Origin: an uncultured candidate division Zixibacteria bacterium | Lineage (GTDB): Bacteria; Zixibacteria; MSB-5A5; GN15; FEB-12 | Length of the DNA: 64,000 bases | Assembly: GCA_963735035.1 (NCBI GenBank) | Contig: CAVTJJ010000003.1 | Location: 64,001-128,000, forward strand | Direction of reading: 5' to 3' | In this document: piece after piece, positions 1-9,519 of the stretch | Layout: every line of letters starts with the position of its first letter | Numbering within the stretch: the stretch's first letter is position 1 | The notes under the pieces: generated by a model | Database searches by the model: none | What the model saw: the letters and a program-made list of their open reading frames with translations, nothing else | Told to the model about the DNA's origin: nothing | Made by a program: the position numbers and the translations under genes

Positions 1-18
1 AGAAAAAGGCCCTTCCCC

Positions 19-201
19 GTCATCGCGAGTCTCGACCGCGTTTCGCGGGCGAGACGTGGCGATCTCAATTCCGTGGGCGGCACACGTCCCCGTGTGCCCC
101 GCGTCAAGGGGCAGACCAGGAGGTCTGCCGCCCACGTGGCGTGGAGATTGCCGCGCTACGCCGTCCCGCCTGACGGCGTGCCATCTCCGCTCGCAATGAC
201 G
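19..201. repeat. Nested palindromic repeat: GTCAT(C/T)GCGAG...CTCGCAATGAC element enclosing a GTGG-type REP doublet
   Basis: Outer arms gtcatcgcgag...gcgatctc (19-66) and gagattgcc...ctcgcaatgac (144-201). The inner pair is gtgggcggcacacg... (73) and ...ggtctgccgcccac (135). Confidence 0.7.
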
Positions 202-227
202 ATTAGTCAGGCTTTTTCGACATGCCC

Positions 228-887
228 CTAGCGGGGGTATCTGATCATACAGCCGTAGGTGCGCGTTCTCGGCAAGGACACCGGCTTGCCTGCAAGGATT
301 TCGTCCAACGCCTGGCTGACATAGTTGATGACGGTACCTTTCCCGACCTTCTTGCTCATAGGATCGTTGTCAATCGCTCCGGAATAACGAATGATCCCGT
401 CGGAAGATATTATGAAGAATTGTGGCGTGGTTTTGGCGCCGTACGCCTTGCCAACCGACTGAGCAGTATCAAGCAGAATGGGATAGTGAATCAGCCAGGC
501 TTTCTTGCGAGCGGCGTCGCCGCCGAATTCCTGGTCTTTGGGACTGGTGGAATTGATGGCCAGGAATACAACCTTACGTTTATTGTAGGCTGAGTAGAGA
601 TCAGTAAAAGTACCGCTTCTTTCAAAGTGATTTTTGATCACCTGGCAGTTGCCGTTGAACCAATACAACACCACCGTCTTGCCGGCCGACAGATACTGTT
701 GCAGGGTGACGATTTTGCCATCGGTGTCGGGCAGCGAGAATTCGGGGGCTTTCAAGCCTACGTCGGCGACACCTTTGGGAACCGGCGGGAGCTTGGGCAT
801 GGCTGGATCCGGGTCTCCCGCGTAGACTGAGACACCGAGTAGAACAACCAACATTACTAATGCCGCCAAATGTCTCACCAGGTTCAT
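228..887 (-). CDS. Exported thioredoxin-fold redoxin (AhpC/TSA-like)
   Basis: Signal peptide, APEFSLPDTDGK, WFNGNC, YGAKTTP, YSGAIDN and a C-terminal YGC. Likely start is MNLVRH at 887. Confidence 0.85.
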   Translation of the reverse strand: MNLVRHLAALVMLVVLLGVSVYAGDPDPAMPKLPPVPKGVADVGLKAPEFSLPDTDGKIVTLQQYLSAGKTVVLYWFNGNCQVIKNHFERSGTFTDLYSAYNKRKVVFLAINSTSPKDQEFGGDAARKKAWLIHYPILLDTAQSVGKAYGAKTTPQFFIISSDGIIRYSGAIDNDPMSKKVGKGTVINYVSQALDEILAGKPVSLPRTRTYGCMIRYPR

Positions 888-1031
888 CAAACTACTCCTG
901 CTCAGATACGCTCCAGGTCGTTGTCTACTCAAGACATGATACTTACTATCGGCACCCAAGTCAATCCGACCAGGATTGTACGCTTTGGCTCATCGGAGAG
1001 TTGCACAGAGGAAAATGGTCCTGCCAGAAAA

Positions 1032-1058
1032 GTGGGCGGCAGACGTCCTCGTCTGCCC
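1032..1058 (+). repeat. GTGG-type REP palindrome
   Basis: gtgggcggcagacgtcctcgtctgccc. Related copies at ~108-135, 15469-15498 and 20948-20975. Confidence 0.75.
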
Positions 1059-1186
1059 CTCCTGACCGGAACAGCCTAAGCTCAGAGTGACGTCGGGTTG
1101 GCGCTTGCTGGACATGCGCGGAATTCCTATCTTACCGCTCAGATTCTCACGATTCTGAGCTAACGCCCGAAGGAGGCTTTTCGAGA

Positions 1187-1948
1187 ATGGGCACAAACGG
1201 TGAATCCAAGAGCTGGCGATTTCGGTTATTGGTGGCTTTCATTTTCGTAGTTGTCATTGTGTTATGGCTATGGCTCCCACGAATTTTCTCGGACGATGTT
1301 TATGCTGGCGTCAACGCACTGTTCTCAGGGTTGGCGTTTGGAGGACTCATAGTCGCCATTCTGTATCAGAGTCAGGAACTTCAGCTTCAACGAAGGGAGC
1401 TGAAAGACACAAGGCAGGTCATGCAGGATCAGAAGGAGCAGATAGAAGGCCAGAAGCAACAGATGGAGATACAGAACTTTGAGAATCGGTTCTTTCAGAT
1501 GATGAGAACTTGGAATGAGTTGCGTGATAAGATCCACGGCGGAGACGCATTGTTTGAATCGATGGTCGGTGAGGTGAGTGGGGAGTATCTGAAACACCTA
1601 CGGTCCGACCCGCAAGAAGGGGACGTTGCAGCTTTAGATTCAGCAGTGGGACTGGTATGGAAGAGGCATCAGCGGTCACTGCCAGTGTATATGAGGTCAC
1701 TATATCAAATTCTAAAACTAGTCAGACAAACAGCCCTTCCTTATGAAGAGCAGAAATTCTACTCAAACGTAGTGCGAGCCCAGATGACTCAAGCCGAAAC
1801 CGTTCTTGTTGTGTACAACTGTCTGTCATCAATTGGCTCGAAGCTGAAAGAGAATGTCGAGTACTATTCGCTGCTCAAGTACTTGGACAGCCGAGAGCAC
1901 GTATCCGCGGCACAACGCGACCGTTTCGACCCTCATGCCTTTGTGTAG
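1187..1948 (+). CDS. Putative phage abortive infection protein (putAbiC-like), with 2 TM helices and a coiled coil
   Basis: Two hydrophobic helices, a Q/E-rich coil, then FENRFFQM, YMRSLYQILKLV and YSNVVRAQMTQAE...YNCLS, matching the putAbiC family as I recall it. Confidence 0.7.
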   Translation: MGTNGESKSWRFRLLVAFIFVVVIVLWLWLPRIFSDDVYAGVNALFSGLAFGGLIVAILYQSQELQLQRRELKDTRQVMQDQKEQIEGQKQQMEIQNFENRFFQMMRTWNELRDKIHGGDALFESMVGEVSGEYLKHLRSDPQEGDVAALDSAVGLVWKRHQRSLPVYMRSLYQILKLVRQTALPYEEQKFYSNVVRAQMTQAETVLVVYNCLSSIGSKLKENVEYYSLLKYLDSREHVSAAQRDRFDPHAFV

Positions 1949-2048
1949 ATCCGTCGCCACTCTATCCGGAAGTTGTCCGCCTCGTATCTTTCTGCAAGTC
2001 TTGAGTAGATGTAGGTTCAAAAAGCTGGGCTGGGCACGGCTTCAAAAA

Positions 2049-2150
2049 CCCGGCAGATGTAGACATCTGCCGGGCACGTTTCCTGGCAGAACCACAAGGG
2101 GTTCTGCCCTACTATATCAAGATGTCGGGAGGGCAAGCCTCCCGACCTAC
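2049..2150 (-). repeat. Cluster of three different REP palindromes
   Basis: cccggcagatgtagacatctgccgggcac; ggcagaaccacaaggggttctgccctac; tgtcgggagggcaagcctcccgacctac. Confidence 0.8.
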
Positions 2151-2160
2151 AAGATCAACC

Positions 2161-4413
2161 TCAGGCCTTCTGGCGCTGGGCGTCGACTACGGCAATCGCC
2201 GCCATGTCGACAATCTCGCTCACGTCGAGCGTGCCGTGAAGCACATGCACCGGCTTCGACAGACCCATCAGGATCGGTCCGATACCGGTCAGGCCACCCA
2301 ACCGCAGGGCCAGTTTGTACGCGACATTGCCCGAATTGAGATCCGGGAAAATCAGCACGTTGGCTTCATCGGTCAGCTTCGAGAACGGGTAATGCTTCTT
2401 CATGTAATCCGGCATGAGCGCGGTATCGAGTTGCATTTCACCGTCGACCATGAGCTCCGGCGCCCGCTCGCGCACCAACTGCACGGCTTTCGCCACCTTG
2501 TTCGATTCCGGCAGCGGCGCCGAACCGAAGTTGGAGAACGAGAGCATGGCAATACGCGGCTTCATGTTGAACCGGCGCGCCACTTCGGCCGAGCAGATCG
2601 CGATCTCCGCCAACTCTTCGGCGGTCGGATTGATGTTCACGGTCGTGTCGGCGAAGAGATACATCTTGGACTCTTTCACCAACGCATAGAGACCGGACAC
2701 GCGCGACACACCCGGTTTCAGGTCGATTATTTCAAGTGCCGGACGGATCGTAGCCGGATATTCCGACGCCACTCCCGACAGGACGGCGTCGCAGTCCCCC
2801 TTCTCCAGCATCATCATGCCGAAATAAGTGGGGTTCTCCATAGTATGCCTCGCCTTGTCCTGGGTGATACCTCTCCGGGACCGTTTGAGGAAATACGCTT
2901 CGGCGTAGCTATCCAGCTTGGGCGACGTTTCCGGATCGATGACATTGATACCGGTCATGTCGATTTCGAACTGTTGGGCTACTTTCTTGATCGCCTCCGG
3001 CTTGCCGAGCACGGTCGGCTTGGCAATACCTTCCTGTTCGATGATCTTGGCGGCGCGCAAAATGCGACTCGACTCGCCTTCGGGGAAGACGATATGCTTG
3101 GCCGCCTTGCGGGCCTTATCGAACATGACCGTCATGATTACGCGGCCCTGTCCGATTCGACCTTCGAGCGTACGCTTGTATTGTTCCAGATCGACTGGCC
3201 TCTGCGCCACGCCTGTTTCCATAGCCGCCCTGGCTACAGCGGACGCTTCCCGCACCAACACGCGCGAGTCGAACGGCTTGGGGATGATGTACTCCCGCCC
3301 GAAACGGAAATAGTCGACGCCGTACGCCTTGGCAACGCCTTCGGGAACGTCTTCCTTGGCCAGAGAAGCCAGCGCATGAACCGCAGCGATCTTCATCTCT
3401 TCATTGATCGCGGTCGCCTGGACGTCGAGCGCGCCGCGGAAGATGAACGGGAAACCGAGTACATTATTGACCTGGTTCGGATAATCCGACCGGCCGGTCG
3501 CCATGATAGCGTCCTTGCGGACCGCCACTACTTCCGGATACGTGATTTCCGGATCAGGATTGGCCATCGCGAATAAGATGGGATCTTTGGCCATTTTCTT
3601 GACCATATCCTGCGTGACCACGCCTTTCGCCGACACACCTACAAACACGTCGGCATCGACCAAGGCATCCCCGAGAGTATGACAGTTGGTCTTACGGACA
3701 AACTCCGCCTTGTACTTGTTCCACTTTTCGTCTCGCCCTTCGTACATCACGCCCTTGGAGTCGGCCATCAACATATTTTCCGGCTTGACGCCCAGTCTGA
3801 TGTACAGCTTGGCGCAGGCAATGCCGGCGGCGCCGGCACCTGAGTAGACCACGCGGACTTTGCTAATGTCTTTCTTGACCAATTCCAGCGCATTCAATAG
3901 CGCTGCCGCCGATATGATCGCGGTACCATGCTGGTCGTCATGAAAAACCGGAATCTTCATCGTCGCCTTGAGAGTCTCTTCAATGTAGAAACACTCGGGC
4001 GCCTTGATGTCTTCAAGGTTAATGCCGCCAAACGTCGGCTCGAGCAATTGGCAGCACTTGATTATTTCGTCGGGGTTCTCCGTGTCCAGTTCGATATCGA
4101 AAACGTCGATATCGCCGAATCTCTTGAACAGAACTCCCTTGCCTTCCATGACCGGTTTGCCGGCGGCGGCTCCAATGTTGCCCAATCCGAGCACGGCCGT
4201 CCCGTTGGACACGACGGCAACCAGATTGCCCTTCGAAGTGTACTTGTACACATCGGCCGGGTTGTCATGAATGGCCAGACACGGTTCAGCCACACCGGGA
4301 GTGTAGGCGAGTGAAAGGTCGACCTGGGTACTGCACGGTTTGGTAGGACGTACTTCCACCTTGCCGGGTTTGCCCAGCGAGTGGTAATCAAGCGCTTGCT
4401 GCTTCGTAATCAT
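2161..4413 (-). CDS. maeB: NADP-dependent malic enzyme with a phosphotransacetylase-like C-terminal domain
   Basis: [38 protein letters not shown] and a PTA domain (DGEMQLD, GPILMG); 750 aa. Confidence 0.97.
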   Translation of the reverse strand: MITKQQALDYHSLGKPGKVEVRPTKPCSTQVDLSLAYTPGVAEPCLAIHDNPADVYKYTSKGNLVAVVSNGTAVLGLGNIGAAAGKPVMEGKGVLFKRFGDIDVFDIELDTENPDEIIKCCQLLEPTFGGINLEDIKAPECFYIEETLKATMKIPVFHDDQHGTAIISAAALLNALELVKKDISKVRVVYSGAGAAGIACAKLYIRLGVKPENMLMADSKGVMYEGRDEKWNKYKAEFVRKTNCHTLGDALVDADVFVGVSAKGVVTQDMVKKMAKDPILFAMANPDPEITYPEVVAVRKDAIMATGRSDYPNQVNNVLGFPFIFRGALDVQATAINEEMKIAAVHALASLAKEDVPEGVAKAYGVDYFRFGREYIIPKPFDSRVLVREASAVARAAMETGVAQRPVDLEQYKRTLEGRIGQGRVIMTVMFDKARKAAKHIVFPEGESSRILRAAKIIEQEGIAKPTVLGKPEAIKKVAQQFEIDMTGINVIDPETSPKLDSYAEAYFLKRSRRGITQDKARHTMENPTYFGMMMLEKGDCDAVLSGVASEYPATIRPALEIIDLKPGVSRVSGLYALVKESKMYLFADTTVNINPTAEELAEIAICSAEVARRFNMKPRIAMLSFSNFGSAPLPESNKVAKAVQLVRERAPELMVDGEMQLDTALMPDYMKKHYPFSKLTDEANVLIFPDLNSGNVAYKLALRLGGLTGIGPILMGLSKPVHVLHGTLDVSEIVDMAAIAVVDAQRQKA

Positions 4414-4684
4414 TTAGTTTTTTCTCCTGTTGCCGGAACAACCGGTCATCGCAAATTCAGAATCTGCAATAAAAGTAGCCGGGGCGTAGCGTCAAGTGGT
4501 TTCGCCGTCAATGTGGATTCCTGAGTGAATGGACCCCGTTTCATTTCGTCCATTAACGCACTGCATGACAGCACATTAGATCAGTACAAGGTAGATAATC
4601 GGAATCGAGCATGTCGGGTTAGTGCGGCCGATTCCGGACGCTTTTGCCCCTATTCACGACGCACAACTCGAAGACATGGAATCT

Positions 4685-5401
4685 CTACCACTGCACGCGG
4701 TAGATGCGCGAATCATCCATACCGATACGTCGTCCGCCCCCGCGAATCTTCAGCAACAGCTTTAGGAGTAGATATCCGAACGCGAATCCCCCCACGTGCG
4801 CCAGCCAGGCCACACCCTCACCTGAGCCGAGATCCATCGCCGACATCAGGATCTGGTAGAGAAACCAGAACCCCAGGACAAATTTCGCGGGGAATTCACG
4901 CAGCATAATAAAGAAGAACACGATCAGGACCGTTATGCGCGCATTCGGATGAAGCACATAGTAGGCTCCCATGACACCGGCGATTGCCCCTGACGCCCCC
5001 ACCAGCGGAACTTGTGAACTGACGTTGAAGATAGTATAGATGGCAACTGCCGAGAGCCCGGAGACTAGATAGAACAACAGGTATCTGACCGGGCCAAAGT
5101 AATCTTCGATGTTGCTGCCGTAGATCCAGAGGAAGAGCATGTTGCCGATCAGGTGCATCCAGCCGCCGTGGAGAAACATGGAAGTAAATGGGGTCGCCCA
5201 CAGCCATTTTGGTGCATCGACATAACTGCTGCTATTGAGGAAGAAATCGGGAATATAGCCGTAGTATAATAGCGCTTCCTGATACCCCTGGGCTCCGAGC
5301 GACTTAATGAACAGAAAGACCGCCGAATTTATCAATATGAGCGCAATCGTAACATGCGGCGTACGGATGGTCGGCTGGTCATCTTTTATCGGAAAGAACA
5401 C
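4685..5401 (-). CDS. Rhomboid family intramembrane serine protease
   Basis: SMFLHGGWMHLIGNM, GASGAIAG and AHVGGF. Confidence 0.95.
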   Translation of the reverse strand: MFFPIKDDQPTIRTPHVTIALILINSAVFLFIKSLGAQGYQEALLYYGYIPDFFLNSSSYVDAPKWLWATPFTSMFLHGGWMHLIGNMLFLWIYGSNIEDYFGPVRYLLFYLVSGLSAVAIYTIFNVSSQVPLVGASGAIAGVMGAYYVLHPNARITVLIVFFFIMLREFPAKFVLGFWFLYQILMSAMDLGSGEGVAWLAHVGGFAFGYLLLKLLLKIRGGGRRIGMDDSRIYRVQW

Positions 5402-5428
5402 TTAGCGTCATCCTCTTCAGTCTGCATC

Positions 5429-7411
5429 TTACTGCTTACCGCTCTTGACGGTCTCGAATTCGATCTTTCGTTCCGTCTTGTTGCCCGCCCGATCGACTGC
5501 CGTAATTGTCGCCGTGTGGCGGCTGTAACCGATCGGCTCTCGCAGAGTCGCGACACACCGACCGGTCTCCATATCCAATTCGGGCAGGAGCCAGTTGCCG
5601 TCGATCCGCACATCAATCGACTTGTCATCTTCAATCCCGGAAAGATCGTCTCTCAATGTAAAGCTGACTTCAGGTCTGCGGCCAGGATATTTGCGTCCCG
5701 CCTGAAGGTTTACCCCGGTCACCGACGGCGGCGTGTCATCAGTTAACACGGCAAACAGCCCTCCGCCCGACGTTTTCCCCTGGGCGAGACTGTCGCCGCG
5801 TCCACCGCGACCGATCCAGACCCAGCTGTCACCTATCTCCCCACACCAGCATAACCCGGCGCGACGGTCGGCGCGGACCGTTGAATCGAGCAGGATCGAC
5901 ACACCGAGGCTCGCTTTGAGCAGCGCAGTCGGAGGTTTGACCAGATAGAGATGTGACTTGAACTGCCAGCTTGACCGCTTCGGAGGATCTACTTGACTCA
6001 CCGAGACAAACTGTGTCTCGAACAACGCTCCGGGATCGATTTTGATTGTGAAAAGCCCGTCGATAGAACTAACAACAGTACTGTCGTTCACGCCCGCAAC
6101 ATCGATAACAATCCCCTGTTCGCGCAACCCCGCGGCCAGGTCATAGAACAACCTATCCCTCTCGTTCATAAAAGGAGCGTACGGCGGCGACGGTTTGAAG
6201 AACCAATACCGCGAAATCGTTCCGAGTCGGGCCTTGCAGATTACGCCATCTTCGACAATCCGGAATTCGGTCACAACCGGCTTTTCCGTTTCGGCGAACT
6301 GAAAGTTCGGACGCTGTGCGGCAGACTTCATTGAACCCGACTCGACATATTCGAACTCAAAGCGCAATTCGGATCGGTTCCCCGAGACATCTTCCCCCAC
6401 CACCAGAACCTTATGCCGGCCCACCCGGGGCGGCGAATCGACTCCGTAGGCGCAACTTCCCGGCGACTTTCCGCCATAGGCCGAACGGGCCTCGTCCCAG
6501 ACCAACTCTTCCGGCACCGGGCGATAGGCGCGACGGATCCTTTTTTCGCCGTTGGCCGCGTCAAACGGATCAAATACCAGTTCGACGGCCGTCCCGATTT
6601 CAAAAGGTAGGGTGTCAAAGGTCGATTCGTAGAACGGAACGCTGTCGATGAACAGCGCCAGATGATTTATCGACTGTTTCATACCTCCCGCCCGCATTTG
6701 ATCGTAGCCGTCGATCAGGAACCCGAAGGGGGCATCTATAGCAACCACCCGATCAATCGTATACTTCCCTGCGGCAATCCGACGGGTCGTCGCAAACAGT
6801 GTTCGCTCGCCCCCCGGAAAGAGCGACTGGTCGTCGACCAACTGGAACCCGATTCGTTCAAATATGGGCGAAATCTTATCCTCCATCTCGAAACCATGCT
6901 TAAGAGGATTGACCGGAAGATTGTCCGGAGTCCGTTCCTCGAAATGAAGGTGTGGCGCCCCCACGCCGGTCTGCCCCGAATAGGCGATCAGATCGCCCTT
7001 CTTGACGGGTAGTGAGTCCCTGGGGAAAGTTATGTCTACAAAGTATCGCTCAACTCGATACTGTTCGCTTTCGACTGCTTTTGCAATAGCATCGTTGAAT
7101 CCGGAGAGGTGCCCGAACACGAAAATATGGCCGTCGTTGCTCTTCAAATAGAGCCCCTTGCCGTATCCGAGATAAGACATTTTGACACGCCAGACGTATC
7201 CGTCGACCGGCGCAAAGACTTTCGCCCCGATTTTGCCCCCGGTACGCAAGTCGAGCCCGACATGGAACCGGCCCGAGCGAAGATCGCCGTAGCCCGAAGA
7301 GAGATCGATTTCGCCTTTTAGCGGCCAAACTGAAGTCTGGCCGTAAGCTGTTGCGCCCGACAAGAATAGGGCAACTAACAAAGCTGCCGGTTTGGTCGAT
7401 ACTTTCACCAT
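5429..7411 (-). CDS. Secreted M23 family metallopeptidase with Ig-like C-terminal region
   Basis: Signal peptide; HVGLD, GYG, GHL and SGQTG..PHLHFE motifs. Confidence 0.9.
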   Translation of the reverse strand: MVKVSTKPAALLVALFLSGATAYGQTSVWPLKGEIDLSSGYGDLRSGRFHVGLDLRTGGKIGAKVFAPVDGYVWRVKMSYLGYGKGLYLKSNDGHIFVFGHLSGFNDAIAKAVESEQYRVERYFVDITFPRDSLPVKKGDLIAYSGQTGVGAPHLHFEERTPDNLPVNPLKHGFEMEDKISPIFERIGFQLVDDQSLFPGGERTLFATTRRIAAGKYTIDRVVAIDAPFGFLIDGYDQMRAGGMKQSINHLALFIDSVPFYESTFDTLPFEIGTAVELVFDPFDAANGEKRIRRAYRPVPEELVWDEARSAYGGKSPGSCAYGVDSPPRVGRHKVLVVGEDVSGNRSELRFEFEYVESGSMKSAAQRPNFQFAETEKPVVTEFRIVEDGVICKARLGTISRYWFFKPSPPYAPFMNERDRLFYDLAAGLREQGIVIDVAGVNDSTVVSSIDGLFTIKIDPGALFETQFVSVSQVDPPKRSSWQFKSHLYLVKPPTALLKASLGVSILLDSTVRADRRAGLCWCGEIGDSWVWIGRGGRGDSLAQGKTSGGGLFAVLTDDTPPSVTGVNLQAGRKYPGRRPEVSFTLRDDLSGIEDDKSIDVRIDGNWLLPELDMETGRCVATLREPIGYSRHTATITAVDRAGNKTERKIEFETVKSGKQ

Positions 7412-7610
7412 AGTAGCGGAAACTGCCGTCCTTGCAAAAGGTTCACCGATGGTATCACAGTCGGCGAGCGGAGAACAGTTTTTTTTCGTTCAAACCGTCC
7501 CGCTTCACTTTGCATTTGGCGGACGGTTTGTTATACTTACGGTCTTGTGCCCAGGGCTTAAATTTGTGGAAGCAACCCTGGTAGTGAGTTGTTGAGAGGA
7601 GTTCTGACAG

Positions 7611-9437
7611 ATGTTTCAAATGCTGCGTAAGTTGATCCTGCCTATCATTATTACGGTCCTGGTGTTTTTCGTGGCCATGATTGTCCTCGAATGGGGAATG
7701 GGTTTTAGCGGCCGCGGCGGCAGCGGTTTGGACCAGCCGGGCAACCTGGCGGGTAGAGTCAACGGCGAGGACATCACCTATGAGTCGTACAATCAGGTCC
7801 TCAACAACCTGACCGAACAGGAGCGGCAAAGCCGCGGGGTCGACTATGACATTCCCGAAGAGAGAGAACGGCAACTGGAACAGCAGGCCTGGAATGAATT
7901 GGTCGCCGACCGCCTCATCAAACAGGAAGGTCAGAAGATGAAGATCGTCGTCTCCGAGGGCGACGTCTATCAGTACCTCAAGTATAATCCGCCGCAGTAC
8001 CTTCAGCAGTCACCCGAAATGCAGACCAACGGGCAGTTCGACTACCAGAAATATCTCTCTTTTATGGCCGACGACAAAGCGGCCGGGTTCTGGTCCAATA
8101 TGGAACCGCTGGTGCGCGAGGACTTGAAGCGCATCAAGGTGCAGCAAATGGTAACGGAAGCGGTCCACGTGGGCGAGCAGGAAGCGCGGCAGGCCTTCAT
8201 TGACGCTTACGAAAAGATCACCGTGGCCATAGTCAATGCCCCGACCAGCAAGTATTTCGGATCCGTCCCCGAGCCGGGCGCCGATGAGCTTCAGAAGTAT
8301 TACGACAACAACAAAGATAAGTACAGTCTGGGCGAACGTGTCGTCCTGGAAATAGTTCGCGCGAGCAAGGAACCGAGCCTGATGGATCAAGAGGCGGCCG
8401 CTACACGAGCGCGTGAAATCTACGACTCCGTAATCGCCGGCAGTGATTTTGCCGAATTCGCGCGGGTGTATTCCGATGATCGCGCCTCCGCGGCCAACGG
8501 AGGCGATGTCGGCTGGTTTGCCCGTGGTCGCAATCCTGCCGCATTCGACAGCGCCGCTTTTGTCATGCGCGAGGGAGAAATCTCCACACCGGTCAGAACA
8601 CAGTTCGGCTGGCACATCATGAAACACCTGGGCTTCCGTGACGAAAACGGTCAGCACGAAGCGCACATAGCACAGATCCTGATCAAGCCGACCGCGTCGG
8701 CCAATACTCTTGACGCCGCCTGGCAGAGACTTGATCTGGTGCGGACTCAGGCCGGTGACGTCGGTTTCGCTCAGGCCGCCAAAGACGACAGCCTTGAGGT
8801 CTATACCACCACACCTTCTATTGAGAAGGAGGGCCGGATCCCCTATGTCAACGCCGGTCCTGCCGACATCGAATGGGCCTTCAAGGGCCAGGTGGGTGAT
8901 ATTTCCGAGGTTCTTGACCTGACCGGCTATTTCTGCGTCATGCGGCTGGCCGAAAAGATTCCGGCCGGACTGGCCTCGTTCAAGGACGCCGAAGCCAAAG
9001 TCAAGCGCGACTGCCGCAACGCCAAGCTGGCGCAAGTTTGCCATGATTCGGCTCAGGCAGTGTATGATGATGTCACTCGTGGTATGTCACTGGAAGACGC
9101 CGCCACGAAACATGGTCTGGCGTACGATAAGCCGGCCCCGTTCAGCCGTTCCGCCACCGTGCTACAGATCAGTTCCGATCCGGCCGCGATCGGCGTAGCC
9201 TTCGGCCTGCCTCGTATAGGCGCCGTGTCCAAACCGGCCGATCATGCCAATGGCTCGGCTTTGTTCGAACTTCTCGACCGGCAGTCTCCCGACTTGACTA
9301 CCTTTGATGCGAAGCGGGATTCAGTCTTCAGCGCGGTCGGCAAGGCCAAACAGCAACAGGCCTACACCGCCTGGTTTACCAAAGTTTCGGATGCCGCCAA
9401 GATTGAAAGCTTCATCAATTTCCAGCGTCGCCGCTGA
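7611..9437 (+). CDS. PpiD/SurA-like periplasmic chaperone with a parvulin PPIase domain
   Basis: N-terminal TM, SurA_N-like region, and rotamase motifs FAEFARVYSDD...GGDVGWF...TQFGWHI. Confidence 0.9.
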   Translation: MFQMLRKLILPIIITVLVFFVAMIVLEWGMGFSGRGGSGLDQPGNLAGRVNGEDITYESYNQVLNNLTEQERQSRGVDYDIPEERERQLEQQAWNELVADRLIKQEGQKMKIVVSEGDVYQYLKYNPPQYLQQSPEMQTNGQFDYQKYLSFMADDKAAGFWSNMEPLVREDLKRIKVQQMVTEAVHVGEQEARQAFIDAYEKITVAIVNAPTSKYFGSVPEPGADELQKYYDNNKDKYSLGERVVLEIVRASKEPSLMDQEAAATRAREIYDSVIAGSDFAEFARVYSDDRASAANGGDVGWFARGRNPAAFDSAAFVMREGEISTPVRTQFGWHIMKHLGFRDENGQHEAHIAQILIKPTASANTLDAAWQRLDLVRTQAGDVGFAQAAKDDSLEVYTTTPSIEKEGRIPYVNAGPADIEWAFKGQVGDISEVLDLTGYFCVMRLAEKIPAGLASFKDAEAKVKRDCRNAKLAQVCHDSAQAVYDDVTRGMSLEDAATKHGLAYDKPAPFSRSATVLQISSDPAAIGVAFGLPRIGAVSKPADHANGSALFELLDRQSPDLTTFDAKRDSVFSAVGKAKQQQAYTAWFTKVSDAAKIESFINFQRRR

Positions 9438-9457
9438 CAAAGTAAGTTTGAACTAAC

Positions 9458-9489
9458 AAAAGCCCCCGGATCGGTCCGGGGGCTTTTTT
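9458..9489. terminator. Bidirectional intrinsic terminator
   Basis: aaaagcccccgga-tcgg-tccgggggctttttt between convergent genes. Confidence 0.9.
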
Positions 9490-9519
9490 GTGGCTTGCGG
9501 CTAATCTAGAAGAACGTGA

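Noticed and set aside
2122..3576. 484-aa plus-strand ORF and similar long antisense ORFs (8010-9044, 29945-30811, 52367-53425)
   Set aside because: These are shadow frames opposite well-supported genes in GC-rich coding DNA and have no recognisable motifs.
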